Below are positions 1 to 12,010 of a stretch of 32,960 nucleotides of DNA, in pieces; position 1 is the stretch's first letter, and each line of letters begins with the position of its first letter. The position numbers and the translations under genes were made by a program. Below the pieces are notes generated by a model, which was not told the origin of the DNA, made no database searches, and saw nothing but the letters and a program-made list of their open reading frames with translations. Source of the stretch: Amoebophrya sp. A120 (taxonomy: Eukaryota > Protista > Dinoflagellata); assembly GCA_905178155.1 (NCBI GenBank), contig CAJINV010000001.1, positions 11,346,850 to 11,379,809 on the forward strand, given 5' to 3'.

Positions 1-60
1 GGGGGGAGGGGGGGGAGCAGCAGCAGAAAAGCAGAGGAGGCAGATGGACGGTTTTGCTTT

Positions 61-202
61 GAAACTGTAGCAGGCTGGAAACTGTAGGGGAGAAGGCTTC
101 TGAAATTGTAAAAAGCTTGAAACTGTAAAAATGTCGAAAACATAAATGGATGGAAACTTTGCAAGTTGAATCAGGTCGGTTTTCAAGAAATCTTGAAACT
201 TT
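61..202. repeat. Degenerate repeat array of a gaaactgta/gaaacttt motif
   Basis: Motif at about 61, 78, 102 (gaaattgta), 119, 153 and 195 with irregular spacing. Confidence 0.5.
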
Positions 203-845
203 CAAAACTTTCCCCGGTGCTATGACGCACCCCGCCCAGCGCCTCACTCTCAAAAAAAAATATCTGTTGATCATCACCAAAAAGCGTTTTTCTTTCTTTG
301 GTTGGCAGGATCACCATCACGTCGGATCGTACAACAAACAAAAACAATCCATGAATCGACACACTACACATGAACAGCCGTCTTCGTGGCTGCGCCACAG
401 TCCTACAACGGCATCCATCAGCTCTGTGTGACGTCTCGACTGCTCATCAGTTGGAAATTATCCTACGCTACAGCTACTTCAAATGCTGAGCGAATCAATT
501 CTGTGGAAAATGGTGGCAGGAGCTGTTGAGAGCAGCTGCAATCCAGATGCAAAATTAAAGACTAGAATGGAGCGCACGTCAACTTGCGACAAGTGTACAA
601 ATGCATCCAGCAGCCAGGCGGCCGAGCTGAAAGATAAAACTCCAGCAATTCCAACACACCTCTGGTGCTTGCGCTTTCCAAAATTCAACAGGACGTGACA
701 GTTAGTACATCTGACGTACCTACGTCCACGTCCTCCTCCTACCTCAGCAACGAGGTGCAGAACAAAGACAAATAGAAACACAAACATACATTTACATGAT
801 TGGATAGGTTTTCGGCAAATGTTCTCCACCTTCTCTTTGTCTTTC

Positions 846-2468
846 TCAGCCCATTTTCTCCTTGAAATAAACGTTCTTACTACCGGGTCGTCCGCGACGG
901 CCACGTCCACCATGGTGTAGGTTCGCAAAAAATCTCCCAGTAAACGACGTCGAATTCGAAACGTCCAAGGTAGTCGCTCCGAGGAAGAGCGACTTCAGTT
1001 GGCTCCACGCAGAGGAGTTGCCGCACTCCCACGTCGGTGCACTGCCAGACACCAGGCCGCAGGTGAAGTGCAGGGCGACAAACGCAAGCAAGGAGATCCC
1101 GTTACGCAGAACAGTCGACTCGTAGTGCGAAAATTGGCCCTCCGGAAACAGGCCTTGCTGGGCTCGCTTGTCAAACCCGTGGTCAAAAAACGTATCGTAG
1201 ATGCTGAACGGAATCAACGCGAAAAGCCGCAACACCGCCCAGACGTGCGTAGGCGCGAGAACGGACGGAATGGGCACCGCGGCGAGGGACGGTGCGGATG
1301 AAAACGTTCTCGAGCGTGGTGAAGCCTTAGCATTCAGATTCAACATTGTGTCTTGACTAGTAGAAGATACAGTTGCACTTTTGGTTCGAAGAAGGGCACC
1401 AGAACTGCCCTGGCGGTAACTCCAATAGCGATGAAGGAGCTCGCACAGGAGAAGCGGCATAAAGCAACTCATGGCCGGCAGGAGGCAGCGCCGCCGGACG
1501 CGCCACCGGTAGCCGAAAAAGTGCCACAGTCCAATCAGTGCGCAGTGTGCCCGGTTCATCGCCAGGCCAGCTCGGTACTCCGCATCGTTGAAACGTATTA
1601 TACAACTGGTGGAACAGGATGACGTTGCGCCACTACTTCTACTGGCATTGTCCTTCAACTCATCATCCTGCTTGCTATGCTTTTCTTTGTCCTGGAGCTG
1701 GACCTGGTGCCCGACTAGTTGCTGTCCCTTCGTTCCAGTACCGTTCCTGTCAAGATTCAGTGCATTGCCTGCGGTCTTGGTGAGTTTTAGCCGTATGGTG
1801 TTCGTCTGTGGGCAGACTGTCAAGTACTCCATCGGAAAAGCAAAGGCCAGAATGAGGAATCCAAGCACGTAGTCGCTTTGGAACACGGCAAAAGCGCCCG
1901 CTTCCCAGACATTCGCATAGAAAACGATAAGTGTGGCGATTTCCGGCACCGTAACCGGAGAAGGAAGACCGCTACTTCTCATATCGCTTTTTTCTGGTAC
2001 GTCGGCGCTCCGCCCGTTTAGGTTTACGTTTTTTATCCGTTGGTCCGCCATGATCCACATGATACAAAAGTAGGCTAGTACGAGCAAGAACCGCTTCAGA
2101 TTTTCGTACGCGTCAAAGCTGCCTTCGGACTGGAGATACTGCTCTAGTGCAGAGAGTTGTCCTGGGGTGCGCGGAGCCGCAGGTGATGAAATCGCAGAGA
2201 ATTGACGAGCCAGACTTCTTTCTCCGCAAAGAAGTATCAGCACCAGGACCGTCTGGCACATCCGCCACACTGGCTGGCTGCTGCAGAACCCCACGAAGGG
2301 AAACCACAGGCCGCAAACGCCACCAAAACCAATATCCAATAACGAGAGGGGGCTTCCGATACCTGCAGCAGTGACATGCCAATGCGAGTAGGCTGACAGG
2401 AAAGGACGCCACGAATCACCCTCCCCAACAACCTCTGGCGCTGACATGATGCGATGACGGCTTTGCAA
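846..2468 (-). CDS. Hypothetical multi-pass membrane protein (main exon; 5' and 3' ends uncertain)
   Basis: 540-codon open frame with several hydrophobic segments (e.g. FLLVLAYFCIMWIM, YVLGFLILAFAF, ISLLAFVALHFTCGLV) separated by Ser-rich linkers; no family recognised. Confidence 0.6.
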   Translation of the reverse strand: MQSRHRIMSAPEVVGEGDSWRPFLSAYSHWHVTAAGIGSPLSLLDIGFGGVCGLWFPFVGFCSSQPVWRMCQTVLVLILLCGERSLARQFSAISSPAAPRTPGQLSALEQYLQSEGSFDAYENLKRFLLVLAYFCIMWIMADQRIKNVNLNGRSADVPEKSDMRSSGLPSPVTVPEIATLIVFYANVWEAGAFAVFQSDYVLGFLILAFAFPMEYLTVCPQTNTIRLKLTKTAGNALNLDRNGTGTKGQQLVGHQVQLQDKEKHSKQDDELKDNASRSSGATSSCSTSCIIRFNDAEYRAGLAMNRAHCALIGLWHFFGYRWRVRRRCLLPAMSCFMPLLLCELLHRYWSYRQGSSGALLRTKSATVSSTSQDTMLNLNAKASPRSRTFSSAPSLAAVPIPSVLAPTHVWAVLRLFALIPFSIYDTFFDHGFDKRAQQGLFPEGQFSHYESTVLRNGISLLAFVALHFTCGLVSGSAPTWECGNSSAWSQLKSLFLGATTLDVSNSTSFTGRFFANLHHGGRGRRGRPGSKNVYFKEKMG

Positions 2469-3433
2469 CTTGGAAAAGGTCCTTTTCCTTGGGAAAATCT
2501 GAATATCTTCTTCTAGTCACGGCGCCGCTTGCGCTTGGAGGAAAAAAAAATCCATGGGCGCAACCGCAAGCTTCATTCTGCATCTTCCGATTGGAAAGAC
2601 GAAAAGTTTTGACGTACTCAGGGATCGATCCCGGGCCAACTCTGATGCAAGCCACGAACAACATGCACTAATCTGAATCAGCTTCAGAACCGCGCCTCCG
2701 CTAGTTCTCAGAAGCAGCAGAAAGAGCGCGACGACGAGCGTCAAAGAAACATCAGTGTATCATGGTCGAGAGAATCAATGCACAAAGAACTAAAATCGCA
2801 AAACATAAAACACAAGGCGTGATCAACTACAGAGCGCACAAGTCAGATACAGGTTGATGAATTCGAAGTAGTCAAACACATCACTAGCTACAGAAACATC
2901 AACAAGCAAGCATCAGTGGCAAAAACACCAGTTGTCATATCAGACTACGCGTCAAGGTCAAGCAAATGCAAATAGTTCAAAGGTATGCAGCCGCGCAACG
3001 AAGGTACGTAAAATGGTACGCACCTGCTACGTGAGCTAGAACAAAAAGTGAAAGTGGAAAATGAAGATCTAGTCCTGAATACAAAAAGTTAAGGCTGTTC
3101 GCTTTATCTTTAATAGCTCTGCACGTAGTAGTTGCTGCTACTTGTTCTAATTGTGCCAGAGAAGACCCAGAAGCTATCTGGATTTTCTGGTGAATACCTA
3201 GATACTAAGGAAGAGCTGCTAATATGCTACGAAGTCGAGCTTGAAGTGGTTGTCAGTGAAACATCTCCATGCGAAGAAATGCGAAGAGAAAATAACGGAC
3301 AAGCTCTGCGTACGGTCGACCACGATGACGAGATCATTTTAGCTCTGGTTGAGAGCATGCGGTGGCCACAGTCACTAATTTTCAAGTGGGGCGTAGTTGT
3401 AAGAGCTCTACTTCTACTGTTGCGATTTTCTAT

Positions 3434-6400
3434 TCATTGTCTCCCCAGACCGAAAAAGCCGCCACGTGGTTTGGGCTTGTTCTCTGTTTTTGCCTTCGTT
3501 GGTTGCGTGGACGAGTTCGCCGTGGGGCCGGTTTTCCTCTTGGTGGTCGCACTCTTGCCTCCTGCACCAGTGTCCTGCTGATGCTTTGCGCCTGGCCCTG
3601 CACCACCAAAAAGCCCTGTGGAAAGTGAGAGAATCAATCACTCAAATGTAGAATTAAGTGTAGTGGTCACGGGTTCTAGGGGACTGCTCAGTTCCAGCTT
3701 CATCATGTCGGTGTCAGAGTCAGTACGATCCGTGTCACGTAAAAAATGCATTTACAAATCAAATGAAGCACACTAAATTTGTCATATGAAAAGAAGGAAG
3801 CAGTGAGTTTTGTTGCGAGAGTGAGGTGAGTAAAGCAAGAAATTCAAGAGCTGCCTGACTCTATTTCCACTGCCCAGTACCATAGCTTGATTTTTTCTTC
3901 TGACCGCCTGCATGGTCGGTAGCAACCGCCGGGCCTTGAAAGTTGTGGTACGATGGTGGTTCTCCTGACACAGTAAGTTCCGGCTCATCAGCGGGCGTGT
4001 TCATCTTACTTGAGGAGTTCATGATGCGCATGTTGCTGTTGTTGCTCTGGTTCATGACGCTGCTGCTGTTGGGCCCTCCACGCAGGGACGACGCGCCACG
4101 TGTGGAAAAGCCGCCTCTGGACGAAGACGTGGACGCGCCCAGATGAGACGGATGATGGTAGTTGTGCTCGTGGTGGTGCTCGCCTGTGGCCGGTAAGGCC
4201 GACGCGCCGCCGTGGTGCGCACCAGAGTTCCGCTGCATGGAGTTCACTAACAGCCCAGCAGAGTTCGCGACGAGGCTCGATCCCTGAATTAGCACGCCGC
4301 CGTTGCTGATGCTGGGGCCTCCTCCGTGGTTCGCTGAGCCGTGCAGAAGATTTTTGTTTCCGCTCGTGTTAAAGTCGAAGTTTCGCGCAGACGTGTTCAT
4401 CACGTTCGTTAACACAGACGGTGGCCCACCCAAGGAGCTGCTGCTCTGCTGTATACTTGCTCCGTCTACACCTCCCCCCGCTGCAGTTCTGCTCGACGTA
4501 TGCTGATCTACTACGTCCAACCCGAGCGCGGTAGAAGTGGCCCCACCTGCACTCGAGAAAGGGACGATGGGTGCGAAGGCATTTGGATTGGACGCCACAC
4601 TCGATGTAGCCGTGCCATTGGTGTTCAGACTTCTGTTTTGTGTCGTCACTGAAGTCGTCGCACCACCGCTGTTTGCAGCACTGGACATGGAGACGGAGCT
4701 GACCGCTTGGTTGTTGTTATTTACCCCCGACGAGCTGCTGCTCTGCGACGTCGAGGTGTGCGAGGAAATCTTCCCGCGGTTCCGTTGCCCCGCTTCACGC
4801 GTCTGCCGAATGTGAGCGTGCATGTTCTCGAGGAACTGGGCAAACACGCGCGCGTTGTTCGCTTCCAGGCTGTTTGCGTTCGTACCAATTCCAGCACTAC
4901 TGCCTGCAGCTAGTAGTAAAGAGCCGGCGGTGAGACTGCTGCTGTTGTTGATGTTGGTGTTATTACTGGATCTCGTCTTGCTCGCACTTCCGCCAGCTGC
5001 CATGGAGCTTGTGCCGCTGTTGGACAAGGCGGAGCTGCTCAGAGGGGCGATCGCGAATTGTTCCGACAACAGCTCGGATACCTTGGAATTCGGGGGAATC
5101 ACCCACGCAGAGAGCTCTTCCTCGGCCAGAAAGCACTCCTCGTCTCCCTCGTCAATCTCTTCTTCTCCTTATGCAACAGAAACTCGTCACCGCTACCGCA
5201 CGACGACACAGACACACGGTGACTGCACACACCCGACGTACCTCCACGGGCACTATACAATATGCATGTATATTCATTTTCATTTCTCTATGTACTAAAT
5301 AAAGGAGGATCTGAGAGGATTCCGCTTCATATGCAAAGAAAGTAGTCGTGGTCACCACGTGAAGTGGTGATGACGGAGCGTCTTGCACGTGTGCTGCGTG
5401 TCGGCTAAAAGCGAAAACTACACTCGGATACTTCCTCTTCTAGTATGGCCGCATCCGCGCTCTTCGAAAACTGTTCATATCCACAGCAAAAAACTCATCC
5501 ACATCCAATTCGTCATGTAAAACACGTATCAAATCAGGCGTTTGTCATGCAAAAAATTGATGTGGGTGGTTTTTTTTCTGCTGATAGCTCCAGAAGGCAG
5601 TCTACTTGCCTTCCGAGCTCCGAGGTGTTGTCCTGGTGCTGCTGTCCGCTGCTTGTTACCCCACCTGCACAACTTGAGTCGGCCTGATTCTGTATCGTTT
5701 GGTGCAGCTTCTGCTTCTTTTCCAGAATGCTGCGAAACCCAATTCTTTCCGCTTCTTGGCGAAAGTGCGGCCTTCCAAGCAGAGAGTACAGCGTGCCGTT
5801 TGCGTACGTGCGAACCTGGGAGTCTATGTGAGGACACAGCATCAGAGCCGCCAACACGGGCAGCGTCGACGGAATCTTTTCGAGCTGATTTTTGCCCGCC
5901 TTCCGCAACGCCAAATTCATCAACAGCGCACTGCCGAATTCCAGTGTAATTTCTGAAATCAGCGTCCCGCGGGACGGCCGCGAAGGGTCATCCGTGTGCA
6001 CGATGTGCGCCATCTGCATAAAGGTTTCGTGCGAAACCGCATCTGCACTGGGTAATAACCCTGCTCCTGCTCGACTCATCAAATGGTGCTGCTCTTGCTG
6101 CGAAGGTGCGCTCATCTGCTCTGGCTGGTTGCCTTGCCCCGTGATCACCAGACTACCAGTAGCCGCGATGGCGCCGCCACCACTTCCGGAGGAATGGGAG
6201 GCCGAGAGGCGGTCTTGCTGGTGCCACAAACTGCTCGAGGAGCTCGCAGAGTTGTTCGCGTTGCTGTGCTATGCATTGGAAAAGTATCGCACTTCGTAGA
6301 GACTACATTACAAATTTATCCAGAGGTTGTGCTGCAAGTTCACCAGGTGGGCAAGAAAAAGCGGACCTTCTGTCATGCAGCCAGCCTGCAATTTTCACGA

Positions 6401-8729
6401 GTTGCGTGATACTTCTCCAGTGGATACATTACGTATCGTGCCACCAGGAGGTGGAGGCGCAGTTGCACCGTTTGCGTTGTTGGAGGAAGACGAACGAAGT
6501 AGTTTCCCACTGCTGCTGCCCATTGGTGTCGGGTTTAGAGAATTGGAGGCGGAGGACGAGAACAGAATGAACTCGCGAAACTCCCCCAAAATCCAGCTCA
6601 TCAGCTGCTCGTCACAGATCATGGCTTCCTGCATCTTTTGCGACAGTGATAGCCTTTGCAACGCCACCAGTGCCTGAAGCTCCGTGTTGTCGGACCGACC
6701 CAGGTGCTGCATCAGCCCGCGGATTAACAGGGATGGGTTTTGCGACAGGTACACGCGCCCGCCGGCTTCACACGCTATCACGGCGATCAAAGCAATGCAC
6801 GCGTCCAGCTGCAAAAAGGACGCAAAAGCGCTGGACGCCGGGTCACCGGTGCCTGGATGAAGATGATCGATTCGCGCTTTAAACACTTCCTTCAGGAGTT
6901 TCAGGACTTTCTTCTTCATATAGAATCATGGGAAAAACAGAAAGAGATTTGACTTTCAGAATCGAGTAATTAGTACTAGTCAGTGGTCCAGCTCCAGTAT
7001 CCGCACTTGCGGACGCCCCGACGTGCAAGATGTCGAAACAGCAGATGCCATGGAGGAACGCGCGGCGGTCGGCCAGAGGATCGAAGGCGGAGCAGCAGTG
7101 CTTTAAGATACTGATGAAAAGGTCGTTCTGGAGGGTCGCCGGGCTGTTTGGCGGCGGGTTTTGCAGCGCAGTCCGAATCCGCTGGAAATCAAACCGCGCG
7201 CAAGGACCGATTTGCTCGATGCTGGCCCCGCCGCTGTTGGCCTGCGCAGCCATGATCCCGAGCGTGCGGGACCGCGACCCGGACCGCGAGTACAAGGTTG
7301 ACTGCCGACTCGGCCGCGCGCCGTAGCGGCTGTACAGGGACTGCCGACTGTGTACCCCCCGAGACACCAGCGCTCCGCGGCTTTTAATGTTGGCGCGCGC
7401 GCTGTCGGCTTCGAAGAGCATCATGGAACCACGCCGCGAGTAGAGCTGCTGCACGACGCCGTTGAGTTTGCGCTTGAGGTCTTCGTACGCCTCCCACTGC
7501 TTGGCACCTCCGCCACCTCCTGCGGACGAGGAAGCTGGGAGTTGTGTTCCAGGCTGCCCGTTTCTGGTGGGGTTTGCCGACGTACTGGAACTCGAGCCTC
7601 CGTACTGATACCGATCTGCTAGCTGCGGGAGGAGCCCGGCTCCGAGGTGCTCGTCGCTGCTGCTGTTGGACTGCTGCAGTGCCTCGCCCATGTGCTTCAG
7701 CGCCAGCTCCGAAATCTGCAGAAGATCCCGCACCGGATACAGAGAGCTGGCACTGCCAGCTACTGGTCCCTCGATCAACGCGTACAGGAAGGGATACCTA
7801 GTCGGGAATGAAGCCGTTGCAAAACACGTTGCAAAGTGTATATTTATAATTCGTAAGGAATGCTCTAATTTCGTCTTACTATCTAGGAATCCCATTTATG
7901 ATCAGTGTCGTGCAAGAAGATACATAGTAAACAAGCAGTAGGACGACGCACCTTGGGGCATTTTGCGCAGAGGAGGGAAACTCGTGCAGCACCTTGGACG
8001 TTTCTGCTCGGAGGTCATCAACCCACTTCTGCGCGAAGATGTGCTTGAGTTCTGGGTGTTGGTGTGGCGTCGGCACAAACGGCAAAGCGTAGAACGCCAC
8101 CATGGAGCCGTCCTCGTCTTGGTGCTCGGCCAAGTATTCTTTCAGTTCCTCGAACTCGCCCTGCTTCTGTCGCGGAAACTTCTCGTTGTTCTGCAGCCGC
8201 TTGCGCATGGGCAGGATGGCAAAGTACACACGCAACCGCAACTCGAGCGAAGAAAGATGGGAAACTGAGTTGGTCGCCGCTGCACTAGCCTGCTCCAGTC
8301 GGCGCCAGCCTCGGAAAAACCGCACGCTGTCGCCTGAAGTAGAGAAGTTTTACTTTCATTGTTTTCCTTTTCGCAGCCAACGGAATAAATTGAAATCGAC
8401 AGACAGTGACAGACGCAGCTATACATGCTTCAAATGCACGTGCCTATAGTGATTGCTATACCGGAGTCAAATGCCTCGAGCAGAGCTTCCGGCGTGTACG
8501 ACTGCGAGCTCGCTGCCGCATGATTGGAGTTCAGCGATGTCGCTTCCTTCTTTAGTGTCTTCAGCGACTTCTCGAATCCGTGATAGGTCAAGTATTCCTC
8601 AATAGCGCGCAGAATAGTCAGCTCTTGCATACCCGCACCGAAATCCAGCGTGTTCCAACTTGGCAAGGGGGTTTCATGTTCCTGATCGTAATTGTGGCTT
8701 TCATCGGGGGGATTGAGACTGTCCGCCAT
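3434..8729 (-). CDS. ARMC9: LisH domain-containing armadillo-repeat protein ARMC9 (ciliary), about 8 exons
   Basis: LisH motif ILRAIEEYLTYHGFEKSLKTL and ARMC9-like blocks FDSGDSVRFF, LELRLRVYFAI, FYALPFVPTPHQHP, TLEFGSALLMNLALRKAGK, YANGTLYSLL, RQVDCLLEQF. GT-AG introns at 8334-8461, 7798-7951, 6890-6953, 6269-6427 and 3616-3880; hairpin introns at about 5478-5586 and 5170-5430; long S/G/N-rich C-terminal tail. Confidence 0.9.
5170..5430 (-). mobile_element. Introner-like intron in ARMC9 (TAT...ATA, degenerate 5-bp direct repeat)
   Basis: Minus strand GGAAG|tatccg...ttgcata|AGGAG; removing element plus 5 nt gives in-frame ILEEEEEEIDEGDEE; weak internal inverted similarity; a GT-AG solution also exists. 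Confidence 0.55.
5478..5586 (-). mobile_element. Introner-like hairpin intron in ARMC9
   Basis: Near whole-length imperfect palindrome (cagcaaaaaactcatccacatccaatt vs aattgatgtgggtggttttttttctgctg); minus GGAGC|tatc...gata|TGAAC; excision gives RQVDCLLEQFSK, matching the ARMC9 RQIEFIIKQL block. Confidence 0.75.
6270..6426 (-). mobile_element. Introner-derived intron with canonical G|tat...ata|G (GT-AG) ends in ARMC9
   Basis: TIR tatccactggagaagtat vs tatgcattggaaaagtat (15/18); flanking G on each side creates in-frame GT...AG; direct repeat no longer recognisable. Confidence 0.7.
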
Positions 8730-9656
8730 TTTCACCTTGTCGTTGTCTGGTCGTCCTCCGGGATAGGAAAGCGAAAGGGTGCGCGTGAGAAAGCCTCGTC
8801 GTACTGCGTGGGAGTAAGCTTGTTTCCTGTAGATCTCCACTCTAGCTACCTCGCCCTACCCGTTTCGCTCACACCATTCCGCGACTTCTGCGACCTCTGC
8901 GTCCCTCTGCAACATGGGTCCCGTACGGGCGCGCCAGACATATTTATCCACATGAGGCAAAAAAGTTGCTGCTCATGCTCATGCATGCTGCTTTTCCTTT
9001 TGCGAGCTAACGCTTCACCTTATTGTTCGTCAGGTCAGCCTCCCTGTGATGTGACTGGCTGCGAGTCAATAGCGCCGCGAGCGCGACCGCGTTGAGGAGC
9101 ACTATAAGTAAACTGGCACACTCGACAATGATCGCTCTACGTCCGCGCTCTCTAGACGTGGGTCACGCCACGAGCATCCGATCGCGTCGATTGATCTCGA
9201 CGCTCTATGACTCGCGCGCTTTAGTAGTTGCTTCGACGATGACGAATCAACGTTGCAAAACGACTACATACACATCTTTTTGTAAGTCTAGAGCGTCAGC
9301 CACAGACTCGAATGATTTGAGCACGACCACGAACCGAAGCTAACCGAAAAAGAACACGAGACGCATTTACCACATGCACATTGCAACGTTGAAAGCATGT
9401 TTGCTGGTGCTTTGACGACGCAGGGGATCAACGTCCACGAAGCTCGTCGCGTTGCGGTAATGTTGATGGTGAGCCTTCGAATTCAGTAAAACCTGTAGGC
9501 AACCTACAATAGTCAACGTCTTCGGCGCTAGCACCAACTTTTGATATCTAGCTTTCGCCCAAACTAGTCCGTGGATAACGCCACATGACCAGGAGCACTA
9601 GATGAAAATCCAGTCACAGTCATACCTTCATCTGACCGGTTGTTCGCCGTTCTCAT

Positions 9657-10147
9657 TCAGCGGGGCTGTCCGTCCCGGAGAGCCATGTCGTAACCGGTGC
9701 CCGCGGAGATGTCCGAGGCGCAGTACCGGAAAGTGGGTTTGTACTCCATGTCTGCCTGCTCCTCATAGTTCGCGATCAGCTGGCAACCCTCGCCAAGGCA
9801 ACTCAAGGACACTCCGCCATACGCGTTAGCCCGCAACGCAGCCCCGCCTTGCCCTTGCACCGCGCACGTGCACCCAGGTTGTGAATTTTCTTGGCATTGG
9901 GCAAGACTTCCAACACGGGGGAGGTTGAGGTTGTCGGCGGCCTTCACGACAGAGAGCACGCTCGCCGCTTCTCCAGCACTCTCGCCTTGCCCCGCCCCCG
10001 CGACGCTGAACTTTGCGTCCGCGGTGACCTCGGTGCTCTCGGGCTTCACGACGTCCATTGCCATCGCGGACGTCACTAAGAAGAATTCGAGGAACAGGAG
10101 GACCCCCCCCCCCGGAAGGGGGACGCATCGATGTCGCGCGTCAACAT
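9657..10147 (-). CDS. Hypothetical small Cys-containing secreted protein; 5' end interrupted at an 11-nt homopolymer
   Basis: ORF 9657-10076 is preceded in frame by a signal-peptide-like stretch VLLFLEFFLVTSAMA; ATGs at 10128 and 10147 are each one base out of frame across the C run at 10103-10113. Confidence 0.5.
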
Positions 10148-10750
10148 CTCTTTCTTTTATAGATATTCTGGTGGAGGCTTTGACTTAGTTTGCCGCACGT
10201 CGTCCCTATTTCATTTTTAGTTCGCGTGCGGGCACCTCCGCAAGAAAGTACATCAGTGAGGGAATCGAAGCGACATCAACATTCGATCGAATTGGGAAAT
10301 CGTGCTCAAAACCAGCGGTGGGAAAGTTCGCAGATGAAGTACCGCTACCGGCTGGCGGTGGTCGTTCCACAAAAAAATGATCATGCTCAATAGCGATTCG
10401 TTTTGTCTTCATAAACCGAAGCACCGGAGACCCATGCTAACGATCAAAAAGTGCAAGTAGTTGCAGCACGAAGTACTTGGCTGCTCCTGCCCTCAACTCA
10501 GATACGTAAGCAAGAATAGGAAAATAACGCAACACCTCGGACTCTCATCTCCACGCTCTCCAATACGACCGCACCCAGGTCGACGTTCCTCGTTTCGAGC
10601 GTCCTTCTCCTATGACTAACAAAACGAAAACACAGCTACTCTAACACGCAGCTGCATTTCACGAAACAAATTTCTGGAGAGAGTTGCAGTGTCGTCAATT
10701 ACCCCATCCGAGCTTCGTCTTTTTGCGTGGGTGAATTAATTTTTGGCATC

Positions 10751-12010
10751 CTATTTCCCTTTGAGTTTAATAAACAGAAGTAGCAGTAGCGTGAGACTGA
10801 GCACGAGTGCGGTGCTCATGAGTATGATTTTGTTTGTGAGAACCCGCCGGCTCATTTGCAGTAGTACCCGGCGGCTGTTCGTCAAATTCCGATCGATGTT
10901 GTCAATATGCTGTCGGCTTTGCTGAATCACTTCGCGCTGCTGCCTCAGATCGCTCATGATTTGCGTCCCCGTGGCCTCCGTGTCGACCGCCATGCGATGC
11001 GCATCCTTCAGTTGCCCGGTGCCGGCCGCTATTCGGTTGCCGGTCTCGCGAAACCTCGAATTTTTTACCAGTTCGGCGTCGCGACCTCCTCGGCGCTCGG
11101 CCAGTAGCGCATCCCGATCCACGTTGGCGCGTACCTCGGAATACTCCCGACGAAACCCAAGTTATCCCACGGAAAATCACCACAATTACCGTAAAACTAA
11201 ACATTAAATAGAATTGCAAAAAGAATGCATATCTTCACGCCGGGTGGTCACGGTCATGCTCGTCGTTGAATTTCTTTCGCATTCTGCATTTTCTTTTCAC
11301 CAATTGCAAGTGTAAAAGTGGCAGTGACTTTACCAAGCGTACAACGAGAAGGCTGCGGTACTGACGGACCCGCTGCTGCACGACGCCAGTGGTCGGCGCT
11401 GCGGGCGGGAGGGTCTTGACTTCCTGCTATGAAAATGAAAAACGCCATCCTCTTTTTCACTGTACGTAGGAGCATCATCATATCTACAAGCACGTGGAGC
11501 TTGTTCGACGAGAAAAAACTTGATGAATCAGAATCGCGGCGTTTGTTCCTGAAAGTAAAAACGTTACAGTGGCAAAAACTGCGCTTGATTTTCATTTTGT
11601 GAAGATGGTGATAGATAGCGTCTTTCATTTTCCTAGCTGCTCCATTTGTGCTATCTGCTGTTCCGCAACTTGCATCTTTTGCTCCACGTTGAAAATAGCC
11701 TGGATTCTCTCGTCGATCGCAAGGACATCCTGGCTGCCGGTCGCCGCAGGTGCGCCGCTTCGCTGACCTGGGTTAACGTTAGAACCAGAATACGACGTCG
11801 TGCTGCAGCACACGTTTGTACTTATTTTGCCTCTCAAGGACCTGCTGGTGACCATTAACGCTAGATACATGGGGATCTGCTCCTGCTGTTCCTGTTGTAC
11901 TGGAATAAATTGCAAAAACAAAAAATAGCTCAATAAGTACCGGCCTTGGCGAGCAACTTGCGAATTTCGCTCTCGGAATGATGAAAATCCTCCTCATAGG
12001 AGGCAAACAT
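10751..12010 (-). CDS. VTI1: Vti1-family Qb-SNARE (vesicle transport v-SNARE), about 4 exons
   Basis: N-terminal MFASYEEDF, Habc QMEQEVKTLP...RVRQYRS, SNARE motif AHRMAVDTEATGTQIMSDLRQQREVI...LTNSRRVLLQMSRR, C-terminal TM anchor; GT-AG intron 11900-11940 and hairpin introns 11428-11635 and 11163-11341. Confidence 0.88.
11163..11341 (-). mobile_element. Degenerate introner-like intron in VTI1 (TAC...ATA)
   Basis: Minus CGTTG|tacgc...gggata|ACTTG; removing element plus 5 nt gives RQYRSLLVGFRREYSEV in frame; TIR weak; a longer GT-AG intron is also possible. Confidence 0.5.
11428..11635 (-). mobile_element. Introner element in VTI1
   Basis: TIR taggaaaatgaaagacg vs tatgaaaatgaaaaacg (15/17); direct repeat GCAGC/GCAGG; excision yields QMEQEVKTLP; no GT donor at the junction. 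Confidence 0.85.

Noticed and set aside
61-202. CRISPR-like or telomeric array
   Set aside because: Repeats are only about 9 nt, degenerate and irregularly spaced; context is eukaryotic; no TTTAGGG/TTAGGG units
2416-2664. GPGSIP motif suggesting a DHHC palmitoyltransferase
   Set aside because: No DHHC cysteine-rich domain found downstream in the ORFs examined
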